Of a DNA stretch of 64,000 nucleotides, positions 8,651 through 17,946 are shown piece by piece. Below the pieces are notes generated by a model. That model was not told where the DNA came from and made no database searches. It saw only the letters and a list, made by a program, of their open reading frames with translations. This DNA is from Acidimicrobiales bacterium. GTDB taxonomy: Bacteria; Actinomycetota; Acidimicrobiia; Acidimicrobiales; Aldehydirespiratoraceae. The first letter of the stretch is position 1. Each line of letters starts with the position of its first letter. A program made the position numbers and the translations under genes. The stretch lies in assembly GCA_965207755.1 (NCBI GenBank), contig OZ242297.1, forward strand, positions 2,375,406 to 2,439,405, read 5' to 3'.

Positions 8651-8898
8651 CGCAACGATGCGCCGGTCGTCTCCCCCCTCCCATGAAGCGATATGGCCGA
8701 TGCCCTCTCCAAGGAGGGCGACGGCCGCCTCGGTCTCAAAGATGAACGCCAGAAGCCACGCCGAGTCCCTGAAGGCGATGGCACGATGGCGAACAAGTCG
8801 CGTTGGGCTGCGAACTCTCGTGGTCGGGCGCCGTCGATGGCGCTGTGGACAAGGCTCGGCAGGCTAGCGCGGCCCCACCACACTGGTAGGGTCTGCCG

Positions 8899-9678
8899 GT
8901 GCGGCGATTCGAGAACCAGGTTGTGGTCATCACCGGCTCGGCCACCGGGATCGGAGCGGCCACGGCGCGGCGGTTCGCCGCCGAAGGGGCCTGGGTGGCC
9001 TGCCTCGACATCAACGACGCCGGCAACAGGGCCACCGCGGCCGCGGCCCGGGCCGCTGGGGTCGAGGCGCTGGCGCTGCCCTGCGACGTCCGCTCGCATG
9101 CCGACCAGGACGGCGCATTCGAGATCGTCAAGGCGGCCTGGGGGCGCATCGACGTGCTGGTGGCCTGCGCGGGGGTCTATGTGGGAGGGCCGCTGCCGGA
9201 GATCCCCCTCGACCGCTGGGAGGACGTCGTGGCCGTCAACCTGACCGGCGTCCTGGTCTCGAACAGCCTGGCCGCGCCGGTCATGACCGCCCAGGGGCGG
9301 GGCTCCATCATCAACATCGCTTCCATGGCCGCCAAGACGAGCTGGCCCTTCTCGGCCGAGTACTCCGGCACCAAGAGCGGCGTGGTGGGCATAACCCGCT
9401 CGGCCGCCATGGAGCTCGGCCCCCACGGCGTCACCGTCAACGCGGTATGCGCGGGCAACACCCTCACCGACATGGTGCGCAAGGTGGCCGGAGAGATCGG
9501 GCCGACCGTCGGGATGACCGCCGAGGAGTGGCTGGGCATGCGGGCCGACGACACCGCTCTCAAGCGGCTCGCCCGCCCGGAGGAGATCGCCGGGGTCGTC
9601 GCCTTCCTGGCCAGCGAAGACGCCCGCTACCTGACCGGACAGGCAATCGAAGTGGACGGCGGCCTAGTCCTCAGCTGA
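8899..9678 (+). CDS. SDR family oxidoreductase
   Basis: TGSATGIGAA Rossmann motif, YSGTK catalytic pair, C-terminal GQAIEVDGG. Confidence 0.9.
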   Translation: MRRFENQVVVITGSATGIGAATARRFAAEGAWVACLDINDAGNRATAAAARAAGVEALALPCDVRSHADQDGAFEIVKAAWGRIDVLVACAGVYVGGPLPEIPLDRWEDVVAVNLTGVLVSNSLAAPVMTAQGRGSIINIASMAAKTSWPFSAEYSGTKSGVVGITRSAAMELGPHGVTVNAVCAGNTLTDMVRKVAGEIGPTVGMTAEEWLGMRADDTALKRLARPEEIAGVVAFLASEDARYLTGQAIEVDGGLVLS

Positions 9679-9681
9679 CGG

Positions 9682-10689
9682 TCAGGCGAGCCGGTCGAGC
9701 ATGTCGGGCCGGACCTCGTTGATGGCCGGCTCGCCCGCGAGGCAGCGGCGGACCTCCTCGACGGCCAACTCGCCCATGCGGTGGCAGTTGTCGATGCAGC
9801 CCGCGATGTGAGGGGTGACCACCGCGTTCTCCAGTTGCCGGAGCGGGCTGCCGGGCGCCGGGGGCTCCGGATCGGTCACGTCGAGGAAGGCGAAGATCCT
9901 GCCTGTGGCCAACTCGTCGACCAGGGCGCCCTCGTCGATGATGGCGCCTCGGGCGGTGTTGATCAGCACGGCGCCGTCGCTGAGACGGCCCAGAAGCTCG
10001 CCATCGATCATGTGCCTGGTCGCATCGGTGGCCGGGGCGTGGATCGACACCACGTCGCAGCGAGCCATCAGATCCGCCAGATCGACCCTCTCGACCCCGA
10101 GCCGCCGGGCGTCATCGTCGCCGAGGTACGGGTCGGCCACCAGGATGGTCGTCTCGAACCCGGCCAGCAGCTCGATCACGTGGCGGCCGACGTTGCCGAC
10201 ACCGATCAGGCCCACCGTCGAGCGGCTCAGCTCCCGGGCATCCCAGCGGTCCCAGACGGGACCGTCGCGCCAGCCGCCGTCGCGCACGAGCCTTCCCAGG
10301 GGCCAGATCCGCTTGCGGCCCACGATCATCAGGCCCAGAGTTGTCTCGGCCACGTCCCGGGCCAGGGCCACCGAGGCGCTGGTGACCCTCATGCCGCGAT
10401 CCCACACGGCGGCGGACACGAAGCGCTTCACGCTGCCGCCCATGTGGGCCAGGTGCCGCAGGCGGGGCGCGGCCGCCACGACATCGGCGTCCAGCGGGGC
10501 CACGCCCCAACTGGTTATGCAGGCATCGACCTCGCCCAGAACGGCGAGCAGGTCCCGTTTGCCGGCCGGTTCGTCGCCGGGGTGGTGCACGACCTCTGCC
10601 GCATCAGCCAGACGGGCCAGGGCGGCATCGCTGAACATCCGCCGGTAGCTGGATCGTCCGATGGTGATGGCAACGACTGGCCCGGTCAC
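9682..10689 (-). CDS. D-isomer-specific 2-hydroxyacid dehydrogenase family
   Basis: Motifs GLIGVGNVGRHV, HAPATDATRHMI, ARGAIIDE, DVTDPEP and TPHIAG. GTG 10689 overlaps the upstream stop (GTGA). The track ORF starts at 10713. Confidence 0.85.
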   Translation of the reverse strand: MTGPVVAITIGRSSYRRMFSDAALARLADAAEVVHHPGDEPAGKRDLLAVLGEVDACITSWGVAPLDADVVAAAPRLRHLAHMGGSVKRFVSAAVWDRGMRVTSASVALARDVAETTLGLMIVGRKRIWPLGRLVRDGGWRDGPVWDRWDARELSRSTVGLIGVGNVGRHVIELLAGFETTILVADPYLGDDDARRLGVERVDLADLMARCDVVSIHAPATDATRHMIDGELLGRLSDGAVLINTARGAIIDEGALVDELATGRIFAFLDVTDPEPPAPGSPLRQLENAVVTPHIAGCIDNCHRMGELAVEEVRRCLAGEPAINEVRPDMLDRLA

Positions 10690-11891
10690 GGCGCTCCCTC
10701 GTGAGGCGTCCACCCTAGGGCTGCCGCGGCCAACCGGGCCGCACCCAGAGCCGGCCAGGCGGCTTCAGGTCGCGTCACCACGGGCCGATCAATGATGTCG
10801 ACCATCACCTCCACCAGCTCCCCGAAGCGGGTCCCGCCCCCCACCATGGTCAACCCGTCGCCACCGGCGGCGAACTCGCCGGCCCCCTCGAGAGCGCGAC
10901 GCACCCTCTCTCCGCAAGTCACGAAGGCATCCTGGATCCTGGCCGGCGGAGTCTCGGCCAGCATCGCCCCAAGCCCGCCCAGGTTCTCGGAGGCGGTCCA
11001 CACGCCACCCAGCACGTGAGGACTGAGGTTCAGCGAGGGTGGGAGAGCAGCGACATCGGCCCGGCCGGTGACCGCGGTCAGCACCCATGCTGTGCCGGCC
11101 GACAGGAACAGGTCACCGGGATCCACGACGCCCAGACCCAGCGCGGCGCAGGCCTGGTCATGGCCGCCGATCACCACCGGCGTACCCGCATCCAACCCCA
11201 GCGCGCCTGCGGCCTCGCCTGCCAGTTCGCCTGCGGTGCTGCCCGACTCCCGGATCGGCGACAGCTGGCCACCATCGATGCCGGCCAGGCTGCACAACTC
11301 GTCGCTCCATGTCCGGGTGGTGACATCCATCAGCTGCATGCCCGCCGCGTTGGACGGGTTGGTGGCCCATTGCCCGGTAAGCCGGAACACGAGATAGTCG
11401 TCGACCGAGGCCCATCGGGACACGGGTGCCGGGTCGGCTCCGGCCTCGCGAGCGCCTGGAGCCAGCAGACCGACGATGGTGGACAGTCCGACTCCGGAGG
11501 CGGGCGTCCAGCCGCTGACGGCGCGGACCCTCGCCGCCACGCCGTCGGACCAGTTCTCCGGCACGAACCGGAATCGGGTGTCCATCCAGGTGATGGCCCG
11601 CTCGGCGCTCCCCCCGACCGTCACCGGAATCACCGAACCGCTCTGAGCGGCCACCGCCAATGCGGCCACACCGACACCCGATCCGAGCCCTTCGACGGCC
11701 CGCCGGCCGGCACCTGTGACGGCCTGCCAGATCACGGCCGGATCCTGCTCGCGACGGCCGCCGGAGGTCGAGCGAACGGCGATCGGATCCGACCCGCCGG
11801 TCGCCAGGATCTCACCCGCCCGGTCGACAACGACCGCCTTGGCCGACGTGGTCCCCGCATCCAGCCCCAGGACAGCTTCGAATGAGCGCAA
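10686..11891 (-). CDS. FGGY-family carbohydrate kinase (xylulokinase/LsrK-like)
   Basis: LGLDAGTTSAKAVVVD N-terminal actin-fold motif and GGHDQACAALG. TTG start. Confidence 0.85.
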   Translation of the reverse strand: MRSFEAVLGLDAGTTSAKAVVVDRAGEILATGGSDPIAVRSTSGGRREQDPAVIWQAVTGAGRRAVEGLGSGVGVAALAVAAQSGSVIPVTVGGSAERAITWMDTRFRFVPENWSDGVAARVRAVSGWTPASGVGLSTIVGLLAPGAREAGADPAPVSRWASVDDYLVFRLTGQWATNPSNAAGMQLMDVTTRTWSDELCSLAGIDGGQLSPIRESGSTAGELAGEAAGALGLDAGTPVVIGGHDQACAALGLGVVDPGDLFLSAGTAWVLTAVTGRADVAALPPSLNLSPHVLGGVWTASENLGGLGAMLAETPPARIQDAFVTCGERVRRALEGAGEFAAGGDGLTMVGGGTRFGELVEVMVDIIDRPVVTRPEAAWPALGAARLAAAALGWTPHEGAP

Positions 11892-11900
11892 TGGACGCTC

Positions 11901-11957
11901 TCAGGCAAGGCCGGCAGAGAAGCTGCCCGACTCGATGGGTTCTGCCGCAATAGTCAT
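11901..11957 (-). CDS. 18-codon upstream ORF (MTIAAEPIESGSFSAGLA) preceding the kinase
   Basis: ATG 11957 sits 4 nt downstream of a perfect GGAGG (11962-11966). Its stop is 9 nt before the SD-less TTG start of the kinase, in the same frame. Confidence 0.25.
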   Translation of the reverse strand: MTIAAEPIESGSFSAGLA

Positions 11958-12042
11958 TGAACCTCCTGAAGCCCCGGAGGATTGCTGCACGGGGTGAGAG
12001 CAACCCCGGGGATGTGACAACCCGATGATGGGGACGGCCCGG

Positions 12043-12822
12043 TCATCCCTCCAGGATGGATAGGGCTTCCTCGACGCCGGCGCCGGCATGCACTACCGCG
12101 ACGACGGCCCGGGTCATGGCCGTGGGGTTGTCGCTCTGGAAGACGTTGCGGCCCATGGCCACCCCGGCGGCGCCCGCGTCGACCGCGGCCCGGATGTTGG
12201 CCAGGGTGGCGGCCTCGGAGCCTTTGGACCCGCCCAGGATCACAACCGGCACGAACGTCGATGAGGCGACCCGGGCGTAGTCCTCGCAGTAGGGCGCCTT
12301 GATGAAGTCGGCGCCCAACTCGGCGCCGAGGCGGGCCGCGAAGGCCACCGCATCGGGACGTCGCAACTCCGGCGGCGCGTCGAACCCGCCCGGCACCATC
12401 TCGGCCATCACCGGCAGATCCGAGCGGTGAGCCTCGCCGACGGTGCGGGCCAGATTGCGCAGAGTGTCCGCCTCCGAAGCCGAGCCGGGCAGGGCGGTCA
12501 CGGCCAGGGCGTCGGCCCCTGCCCGGTGCGCGTCCTCGACGCCGAAGAAGCGCCCTGCGGAACCGGTGCTGGGCGATCCGAGGTTGCTCGCCGCGCCGTC
12601 GCTGCGCAGGATCAGCCCGACCGGATCCAGCTCGGACGCGAAGCTCGCGGCGACGCCGTAGGAGGTCAGCACCGCGTCGGGCCCGCCGGCCACCACCGCC
12701 GAGACGGTCTCGGCGGGCCGTTCGAAGCCGGGGCAGGGACCGTCGATCAAGCCGTGGTCCAGCGCGATTATCACGGTTCGCCCGTCGGGGCCGAAGATGC
12801 GGCTGAGGTCTCGGGAACCCAT
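12043..12822 (-). CDS. Class I aldolase, DhnA/FbaB/LsrF family
   Basis: Motifs [20 protein letters not shown] (Schiff-base Lys context) and VILGGSK. Confidence 0.8.
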   Translation of the reverse strand: MGSRDLSRIFGPDGRTVIIALDHGLIDGPCPGFERPAETVSAVVAGGPDAVLTSYGVAASFASELDPVGLILRSDGAASNLGSPSTGSAGRFFGVEDAHRAGADALAVTALPGSASEADTLRNLARTVGEAHRSDLPVMAEMVPGGFDAPPELRRPDAVAFAARLGAELGADFIKAPYCEDYARVASSTFVPVVILGGSKGSEAATLANIRAAVDAGAAGVAMGRNVFQSDNPTAMTRAVVAVVHAGAGVEEALSILEG

Positions 12823-12861
12823 AGGAGCAGATGCTACGGGCTCACGCGCCCACGACCGCGG

Positions 12862-13614
12862 TCAGCCGTGGACGTGCTTGCGGTGCCCGTAGCGCTGGCC
12901 GCCGTCCACGGTGAGGACCTCGCCCGTTATGTAGTCGGCCTCGATCAGGAACCGGACCGCCTGGCCCATCTCGGCGGGGGTGCCCCACCGCCCCACGAGA
13001 GTCTCGTCGGCCACCCGCTGGTAGGTGGCTTCGTCGTAGTCGGCGGGGCGCAGAGCCGGGCCCGGGACAACCGCGTTGACCCTGACGGTGGGGGCCAGCT
13101 CCAGCGCCAGCTGGCGGGTCAGGGAGATGATCGCCCCCTTTCCCACCGAGTGGCCGGCGAATCCCGGCCAAGGCTCGAACGCGCTCAGATCGCCAATGCT
13201 GACGATCGCGCCGGCGCCGTTGGCCAGCATGACCGGAGCCACCCGGTTGGCGCAGTAGAACGGGCCGTGGACGAGCGTGTCTATCGACCGGTGCCACACG
13301 GTCAGGTCGTCGGTCGGGAACTCTCCGAAGGCGAAGGTGGAAGCGTTGTTGACCAGCACGTCGATGGTGCCGAAACGCTCCGTCGCCGCCTCGACCATGG
13401 CCTGGACCTGGCCGTCGTCGGTGACATCGGCCGCCACCGGAAGGGCCTGCACGCCCAGTGCCTCGGCGTCGGCTGCGGTGCGGCGAGCCTCGTCGTCGGA
13501 GGTGTTGTAGTTGATCACGACGTCGGCGCCGGCCCGGGCCAGGGTCAGGGTGATGCCCCGGCCGACCCGCTTGGCGCCCCCGGTCACCAGGGCCGTCCGG
13601 CCGGCAAGATCCAT
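12862..13614 (-). CDS. SDR family oxidoreductase (atypical HxxxK at the catalytic position)
   Basis: [15 protein letters not shown] and VNAVVPG motifs. The expected YxxxK reads HSVGK. Confidence 0.85.
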   Translation of the reverse strand: MDLAGRTALVTGGAKRVGRGITLTLARAGADVVINYNTSDDEARRTAADAEALGVQALPVAADVTDDGQVQAMVEAATERFGTIDVLVNNASTFAFGEFPTDDLTVWHRSIDTLVHGPFYCANRVAPVMLANGAGAIVSIGDLSAFEPWPGFAGHSVGKGAIISLTRQLALELAPTVRVNAVVPGPALRPADYDEATYQRVADETLVGRWGTPAEMGQAVRFLIEADYITGEVLTVDGGQRYGHRKHVHG

Positions 13615-13679
13615 CGGGTGAGTATGCCACCCGGGCCGGTGCCGCAGGTCAGCGGAGCCAGCAGGCTAGCTTGGCCGCG

Positions 13680-14348
13680 GTGCGGCTCGTGATCGCCCGC
13701 TGCGCCGTCGACTACGACGGCCGCCTGCAGGCCCACCTGCCCTCGGCCGTCCGCCTCATCATGGTCAAGGCCGACGGCTGCGTGGCCGTCCACGCCGACG
13801 GGGGCGCATACAAGCCGCTCAACTGGATGAATGCTCCCAACCGGCTGGTGATCGACACCGACGCCGGGGTCTGGAGGGTCACCGCGCCCGGCCGCAGCGA
13901 CTCTCTGGTCATCCGGATCGAGGAGATCCTCCACGACAGCACCCACGAGATGGGCACCGACCCCGGTCTGCAGAAGGACGGTGTCGAGGCGCAGATGCAA
14001 GCGCTCCTCGCAGAGAACCCGGACACCATCGAGGACGGCTTCACTCTGGTGCGCCGCGAGTTCCCGACCTCCATCGGACCGGTGGACCTGCTGTGCCGCG
14101 ACTCCTCCGGCCACGCGGTGGCGGTGGAGGTGAAGCGCAACGGCGAGATCGACGGCGTCGAGCAGCTCACGCGGTACCTGCACTACTTGAACTCCGATCC
14201 GAGCCTGGCGCCGGTGCGGGGGGTGTTCGTGGCCCGGACCATCAAGCCGCAGGCCAAGGTGCTCGCGTCCGACCGCTCCATCGACTGCGTGGAGGTGGAC
14301 TACGACGAGCTGCGGGGCATCGAGTCGCCGGAGCTCCGGCTGTTCTGA
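13680..14348 (+). CDS. nucS: Endonuclease NucS (EndoMS)
   Basis: [39 protein letters not shown] is characteristic NucS. GTG 13680 is the likely start (TTG 13671 is an alternative). Confidence 0.9.
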   Translation: MRLVIARCAVDYDGRLQAHLPSAVRLIMVKADGCVAVHADGGAYKPLNWMNAPNRLVIDTDAGVWRVTAPGRSDSLVIRIEEILHDSTHEMGTDPGLQKDGVEAQMQALLAENPDTIEDGFTLVRREFPTSIGPVDLLCRDSSGHAVAVEVKRNGEIDGVEQLTRYLHYLNSDPSLAPVRGVFVARTIKPQAKVLASDRSIDCVEVDYDELRGIESPELRLF

Positions 14349-14405
14349 GACGCTCGGCGGGACGGTTGACCCGTCGCGGTCGCTCGCCGCGGATACCCTG
14401 AGACC

Positions 14406-16379
14406 GTGCTCAGGCGGCTGCTAGGACGGCAGGTTCGGCACATGCGACTATGGCCGTACCTCGTCGGGACAGCAGTGGTGATCGGTGCGCTGATCATCGG
14501 CTGGCAGGTCTACGAGGCGCGCGAGGGGACCCGCATCCGTGAGGGAGCGACGGTGTCGGGCGTCAAGATCGGCGGACTGGAGCCCGAAGAGGCGGTCATC
14601 GCGCTCGAACCCGTCGTCCAGGACGTGGCCGAGACCACCATCGACCTCCAGTTCCCGGACATCGACTTCCCGGACGTCGACTTCCCGGACGTCGACCTCC
14701 CGGACATCGACCTGGAGTTCCTGGGCCACACGATCACGGTCACCGCCGAGGAGCTCGGAATCTCGCTGGATTCCGAACGGATCCTCGCCGAGGCCGACAT
14801 TCCGCCCCCGCGGGCGGTCCGGCCGGCGGCATGGCTGTTCGATCTGTTCGCCAGCCGCGACGTGAGCCCGTCGGTGACCACCGACCTGGGAACCCTGGCC
14901 GACACGGTCGACCCCTACACCGACCCCGAGACGCCCCGGATCCAGTTCGTCGACGGCGCCTTCGAGCCGGTCCTCCACATCGATGTGCCCGTCCCCGACA
15001 TGGAGTTGCTGGCCCTCCGGCTCGAGGACGCCGTGCTCGACAACATGGGCGGCCGGATCGCCGTCGAAGTTCCGGTACGCGGCATGGAGCCGGCCGACCC
15101 GATCGCGGTGGCGCTGGCAGCCGCCCTCGCCACCAAGGCCAACGAGATCACCGAGGGAGGGGTACAGCTCCAACTCGAGGGCACCACCGAGACCTTCGCC
15201 ATCAGCCAGCAGGCGCTCCGGCAGTTCATCGTCCTCGAGGGGGAGCAGCACGACACGCGCCTCGGCCTCAACCCGCGGATCGGGGCCACCCTCTCCAGCC
15301 TCTTCGTGGGGATCGGCAGCGAGGGGACCCCCGCCACCGTCGGCCTGGACCAGGACGGCGCCGTGACCATCTCCGAGGGCCAGGCCGGATTCAAGTGCTG
15401 CCACGAGACAGTGGCCGACGCGCTGCTGCAGGGGATGGTCGACGGCCAGCCGGTGATAGCGCTGCCGGCCGCGCCCGACCCCCACCCCCGGGGACGGGAG
15501 TGGGCCGAGTCGCTCGGGATCCTCCAAGTGGTCGGCGAGTTCACAACGCGCTTCACTCCGGCCCAGGACCGGATCATCAACATCGCCCGCATCTCGGAGC
15601 TGACCCGCGGCGTGGTCATCGAGCCCGGCCAGCGGTTCTCGGTCAACGGCCACGTCGGGCCTCGTACTACCGGCAAGGGGTTCGTCCCAGCCAAGATGAT
15701 CCTAGACGGAGTGTTCGTGGACTCGGTGGGGGGAGGCATCTCGCAATACGCAACCACGCTGTTCAACGCGGCCTTCTTCGCCGGGCTCGACTTCATCGGA
15801 TACCAGAGCCACACGATCTACTTGAGCCGCTACCCCTACGGGCGCGAGGCCACGGTGTCGTATCCGGCGCCCGATCTGGTGCTGGAGAACAACACCCCCT
15901 ACGGCGTGATGCTGTGGCCCACCACCGACGACGACTCGATCACGGTGAGGCTCTACTCCACGCCGTGGGTGCTGGCCGAGCAGACCGGCCAGTGGAGCCG
16001 GACCGTCGGAACGTCCTGCACCCGGGTGACCACAGAGCGGACGCGCACGTACCTGGACGACGGCCGCACCGAGACCGACACGGTGTGGGCCCAGTACCGT
16101 CCCGAGGGCCTCAAGTGCGACGGGTCTCCCTCAGTCACGACGACGACATCCACCACGGTCGTGCCGCCGGAGGGGAGCGAGCAGCAGGGCGGGGAGGGTG
16201 AGCAGTCGGGCGAGGAGGCCGGTTGGGAGCAGGGCGAGACCGGAACAGACCTCGGCAGCGAGGATCCCGGCCGCCCGGGCGGGGAGTCGGGCCAGAACAA
16301 CGGCCGGCAGGACGGGGAATCGGGCCGGCCGGGGAGTGGTGCCGCGCCTTCCACGACCATCCCGGGCGAGTCTCAATGA
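14406..16379 (+). CDS. VanW-family protein with N-terminal TM segment and low-complexity C-terminus
   Basis: GGGISQYATTLFNAAFFAGL..YPAPDLVLENNTPYGVMLW is the VanW core. Confidence 0.8.
   Translation: MLRRLLGRQVRHMRLWPYLVGTAVVIGALIIGWQVYEAREGTRIREGATVSGVKIGGLEPEEAVIALEPVVQDVAETTIDLQFPDIDFPDVDFPDVDLPDIDLEFLGHTITVTAEELGISLDSERILAEADIPPPRAVRPAAWLFDLFASRDVSPSVTTDLGTLADTVDPYTDPETPRIQFVDGAFEPVLHIDVPVPDMELLALRLEDAVLDNMGGRIAVEVPVRGMEPADPIAVALAAALATKANEITEGGVQLQLEGTTETFAISQQALRQFIVLEGEQHDTRLGLNPRIGATLSSLFVGIGSEGTPATVGLDQDGAVTISEGQAGFKCCHETVADALLQGMVDGQPVIALPAAPDPHPRGREWAESLGILQVVGEFTTRFTPAQDRIINIARISELTRGVVIEPGQRFSVNGHVGPRTTGKGFVPAKMILDGVFVDSVGGGISQYATTLFNAAFFAGLDFIGYQSHTIYLSRYPYGREATVSYPAPDLVLENNTPYGVMLWPTTDDDSITVRLYSTPWVLAEQTGQWSRTVGTSCTRVTTERTRTYLDDGRTETDTVWAQYRPEGLKCDGSPSVTTTTSTTVVPPEGSEQQGGEGEQSGEEAGWEQGETGTDLGSEDPGRPGGESGQNNGRQDGESGRPGSGAAPSTTIPGESQ
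14652..14711 (+). repeat. 4 x 15-nt tandem repeat encoding FPDID/FPDVD/FPDVD/LPDID
   Basis: Direct reading of the sequence and its translation. Confidence 0.8.
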
Positions 16380-16900
16380 GCGATGCCCGCAAGCCCGTCG
16401 AGGGCATCGACGCCGCGGTCGACGCCTGGTGGGAGCGCGCCCTGCGGGGCAGGCCCGTCCTGGACCGGATCATGTACTCGGCATCGGAGGCCGCCAACCA
16501 CTCGCGGCTGTGGCACGCTCTCGGGGCCGCTCAGGCCGTGGCGCGGCGAAGCCATCGCCCGGCCGCCGAACTCAGCATCTCCCTCCTCGCGGAGGCGGCG
16601 CTCGTCAACGGCGTCGTCAAGACGGCCTTCGGGCGGCGGCGTCCGGTCTTCGCGGGGAACCGGCCCCATGCCCTGCGCCAGCCCCTCACCAGCAGCTTCC
16701 CCAGCGGTCACGCCAGTGCGGCCATGGTCGCGGCGTCGCTGCTGTCGCGTCGCAGCCCCTGGGCGTCCGCGTACTACGCGCTGGGGTTGGCAGTGGCCCT
16801 GAGCCGCATACACGTCGGGCTCCACCACGCCAGCGACGTGGCTGCGGGGATCGGGACCGGCGCGGTGCTCGGTGCGGTCGCCCGCCGCCTGTGGCGCTGA
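16376..16900 (+). CDS. PAP2-family phosphatase
   Basis: SFPSGHAS and SRIHVGLHHASDV motifs. ATG 16376 overlaps the VanW stop (ATGA). Confidence 0.85.
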   Translation: MSDARKPVEGIDAAVDAWWERALRGRPVLDRIMYSASEAANHSRLWHALGAAQAVARRSHRPAAELSISLLAEAALVNGVVKTAFGRRRPVFAGNRPHALRQPLTSSFPSGHASAAMVAASLLSRRSPWASAYYALGLAVALSRIHVGLHHASDVAAGIGTGAVLGAVARRLWR

Positions 16901-16961
16901 GTGCATGCGGCCGTGAGGACGGCGCGGCCGTGAGCGGTCGCCCGCCGCCTGCGGCGCTGAG
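16874..16961 (+). repeat. 28-nt direct repeat, 60-bp offset, duplicating the 3' end of the PAP2 gene
   Basis: GCGGTCGCCCGCCGCCTG(T/C)GGCGCTGAG occurs at 16874-16901 and 16934-16961 (27/28 identical). Confidence 0.8.
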
Positions 16962-16984
16962 GCCTGAGAACCCGCTCTGCGTGG

Positions 16985-17090
16985 GCGCAACCCGTCGCGT
17001 CGAGGCGAAGTGCTCCCCGCTCTTGTTCGCTGCGCTCACGGGCCGCTCGGGCCACGGCCTCGCCCGTATGGACCGGACTCGCTCCCCGAC
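16985..17090 (+). repeat. Interspersed repeat, copy A (core 17016-17073)
   Basis: Core CCCGCTCTTGTTCGCTGCGCTCACGGGCCGCTCGGGCCACGGCCTCGCCCGTATGGAC is 57/58 identical to copy C. Flanking similarity extends upstream. Confidence 0.7.
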
Positions 17091-17133
17091 CCGCTCGGCC
17101 TCTGCGGCGCCGGGCCATCACTAGGATCGAGAC

Positions 17134-17946
17134 ATGGAACTCGAAGGGGCTGTCGCGGTGGTGACGGGCGCCGCCAGCGGCATTGGACGCTCGCTGGCCC
17201 GGGCCTTGGCGCTCGACGCGGGATCTGTGGTTGTGGCCGCGGACATCGACGGCACCGGCGCCGAGACTGTGGCCGCCGGGGTCGCCGCCGAGGCTGCTTC
17301 CGGGCGCCGGGTCGGCTTCGCCGCCGAGGCCGACGTGACCGACGAAGCTGCGGTGGTCGCGCTGATCGATGGCGTCGAGGAGAGCTTGGGCCCCGTCGAG
17401 CTGTGGTGCGGCAACGCCGGCGTCTCCCGCATGGGCGGGGTGGAGCGTCCCAACGACGAGTGGAACCTCGTGTGGGACGTGAACCTGATGGCCCATGTGA
17501 TCGCCTGCCGCCATCTCGTGCCGAGATGGGTGGAGCGAGGCTCGGGCCATCTGCTGGTGACCGCCTCGGCCGCAGGACTGCTGACCGGACTGGGGACGGC
17601 GTCGTACGCGGTCACCAAGCACGCGGCGGTGGCGCTGGCCGAGTGGATAGCCATCACCCACGGCCACGACGGCGTGAGGGTGTCGTGCCTGTGCCCCCAG
17701 GGGGTTCGCACCCCGATGACGGAATCGGACTGGATGCTCGGAGTCGCCCAGGTGGAGGCGCTGGGCATGATGGAGCCCGAGGAGGTGGCGGCCGCAACCC
17801 TTGAGGCTCTGCGACAGGACCGCTTCCTGATACTGCCCCACCCCGAAGTGGAGACCTATGAGCAGCGCCGGGCCGGTGACCGGGAGCGTTGGCTGCGCGG
17901 CATGCGGCGCATGCAGCAGGGTCTGCTGGGGGCTTCGGGCTCCTAA
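17134..17946 (+). CDS. SDR family oxidoreductase
   Basis: VTGAASGIGRSLA and YAVTKHAAV motifs. Confidence 0.9.
   Translation: MELEGAVAVVTGAASGIGRSLARALALDAGSVVVAADIDGTGAETVAAGVAAEAASGRRVGFAAEADVTDEAAVVALIDGVEESLGPVELWCGNAGVSRMGGVERPNDEWNLVWDVNLMAHVIACRHLVPRWVERGSGHLLVTASAAGLLTGLGTASYAVTKHAAVALAEWIAITHGHDGVRVSCLCPQGVRTPMTESDWMLGVAQVEALGMMEPEEVAAATLEALRQDRFLILPHPEVETYEQRRAGDRERWLRGMRRMQQGLLGASGS

Noticed and set aside
11891-11957. In-frame TGA between the uORF and the kinase read as selenocysteine or readthrough, giving a longer kinase.
   Set aside because: FGGY kinases normally start a few residues before the LGxDxGT motif. No SECIS-like hairpin follows the TGA, so a separate uORF is the simpler reading.
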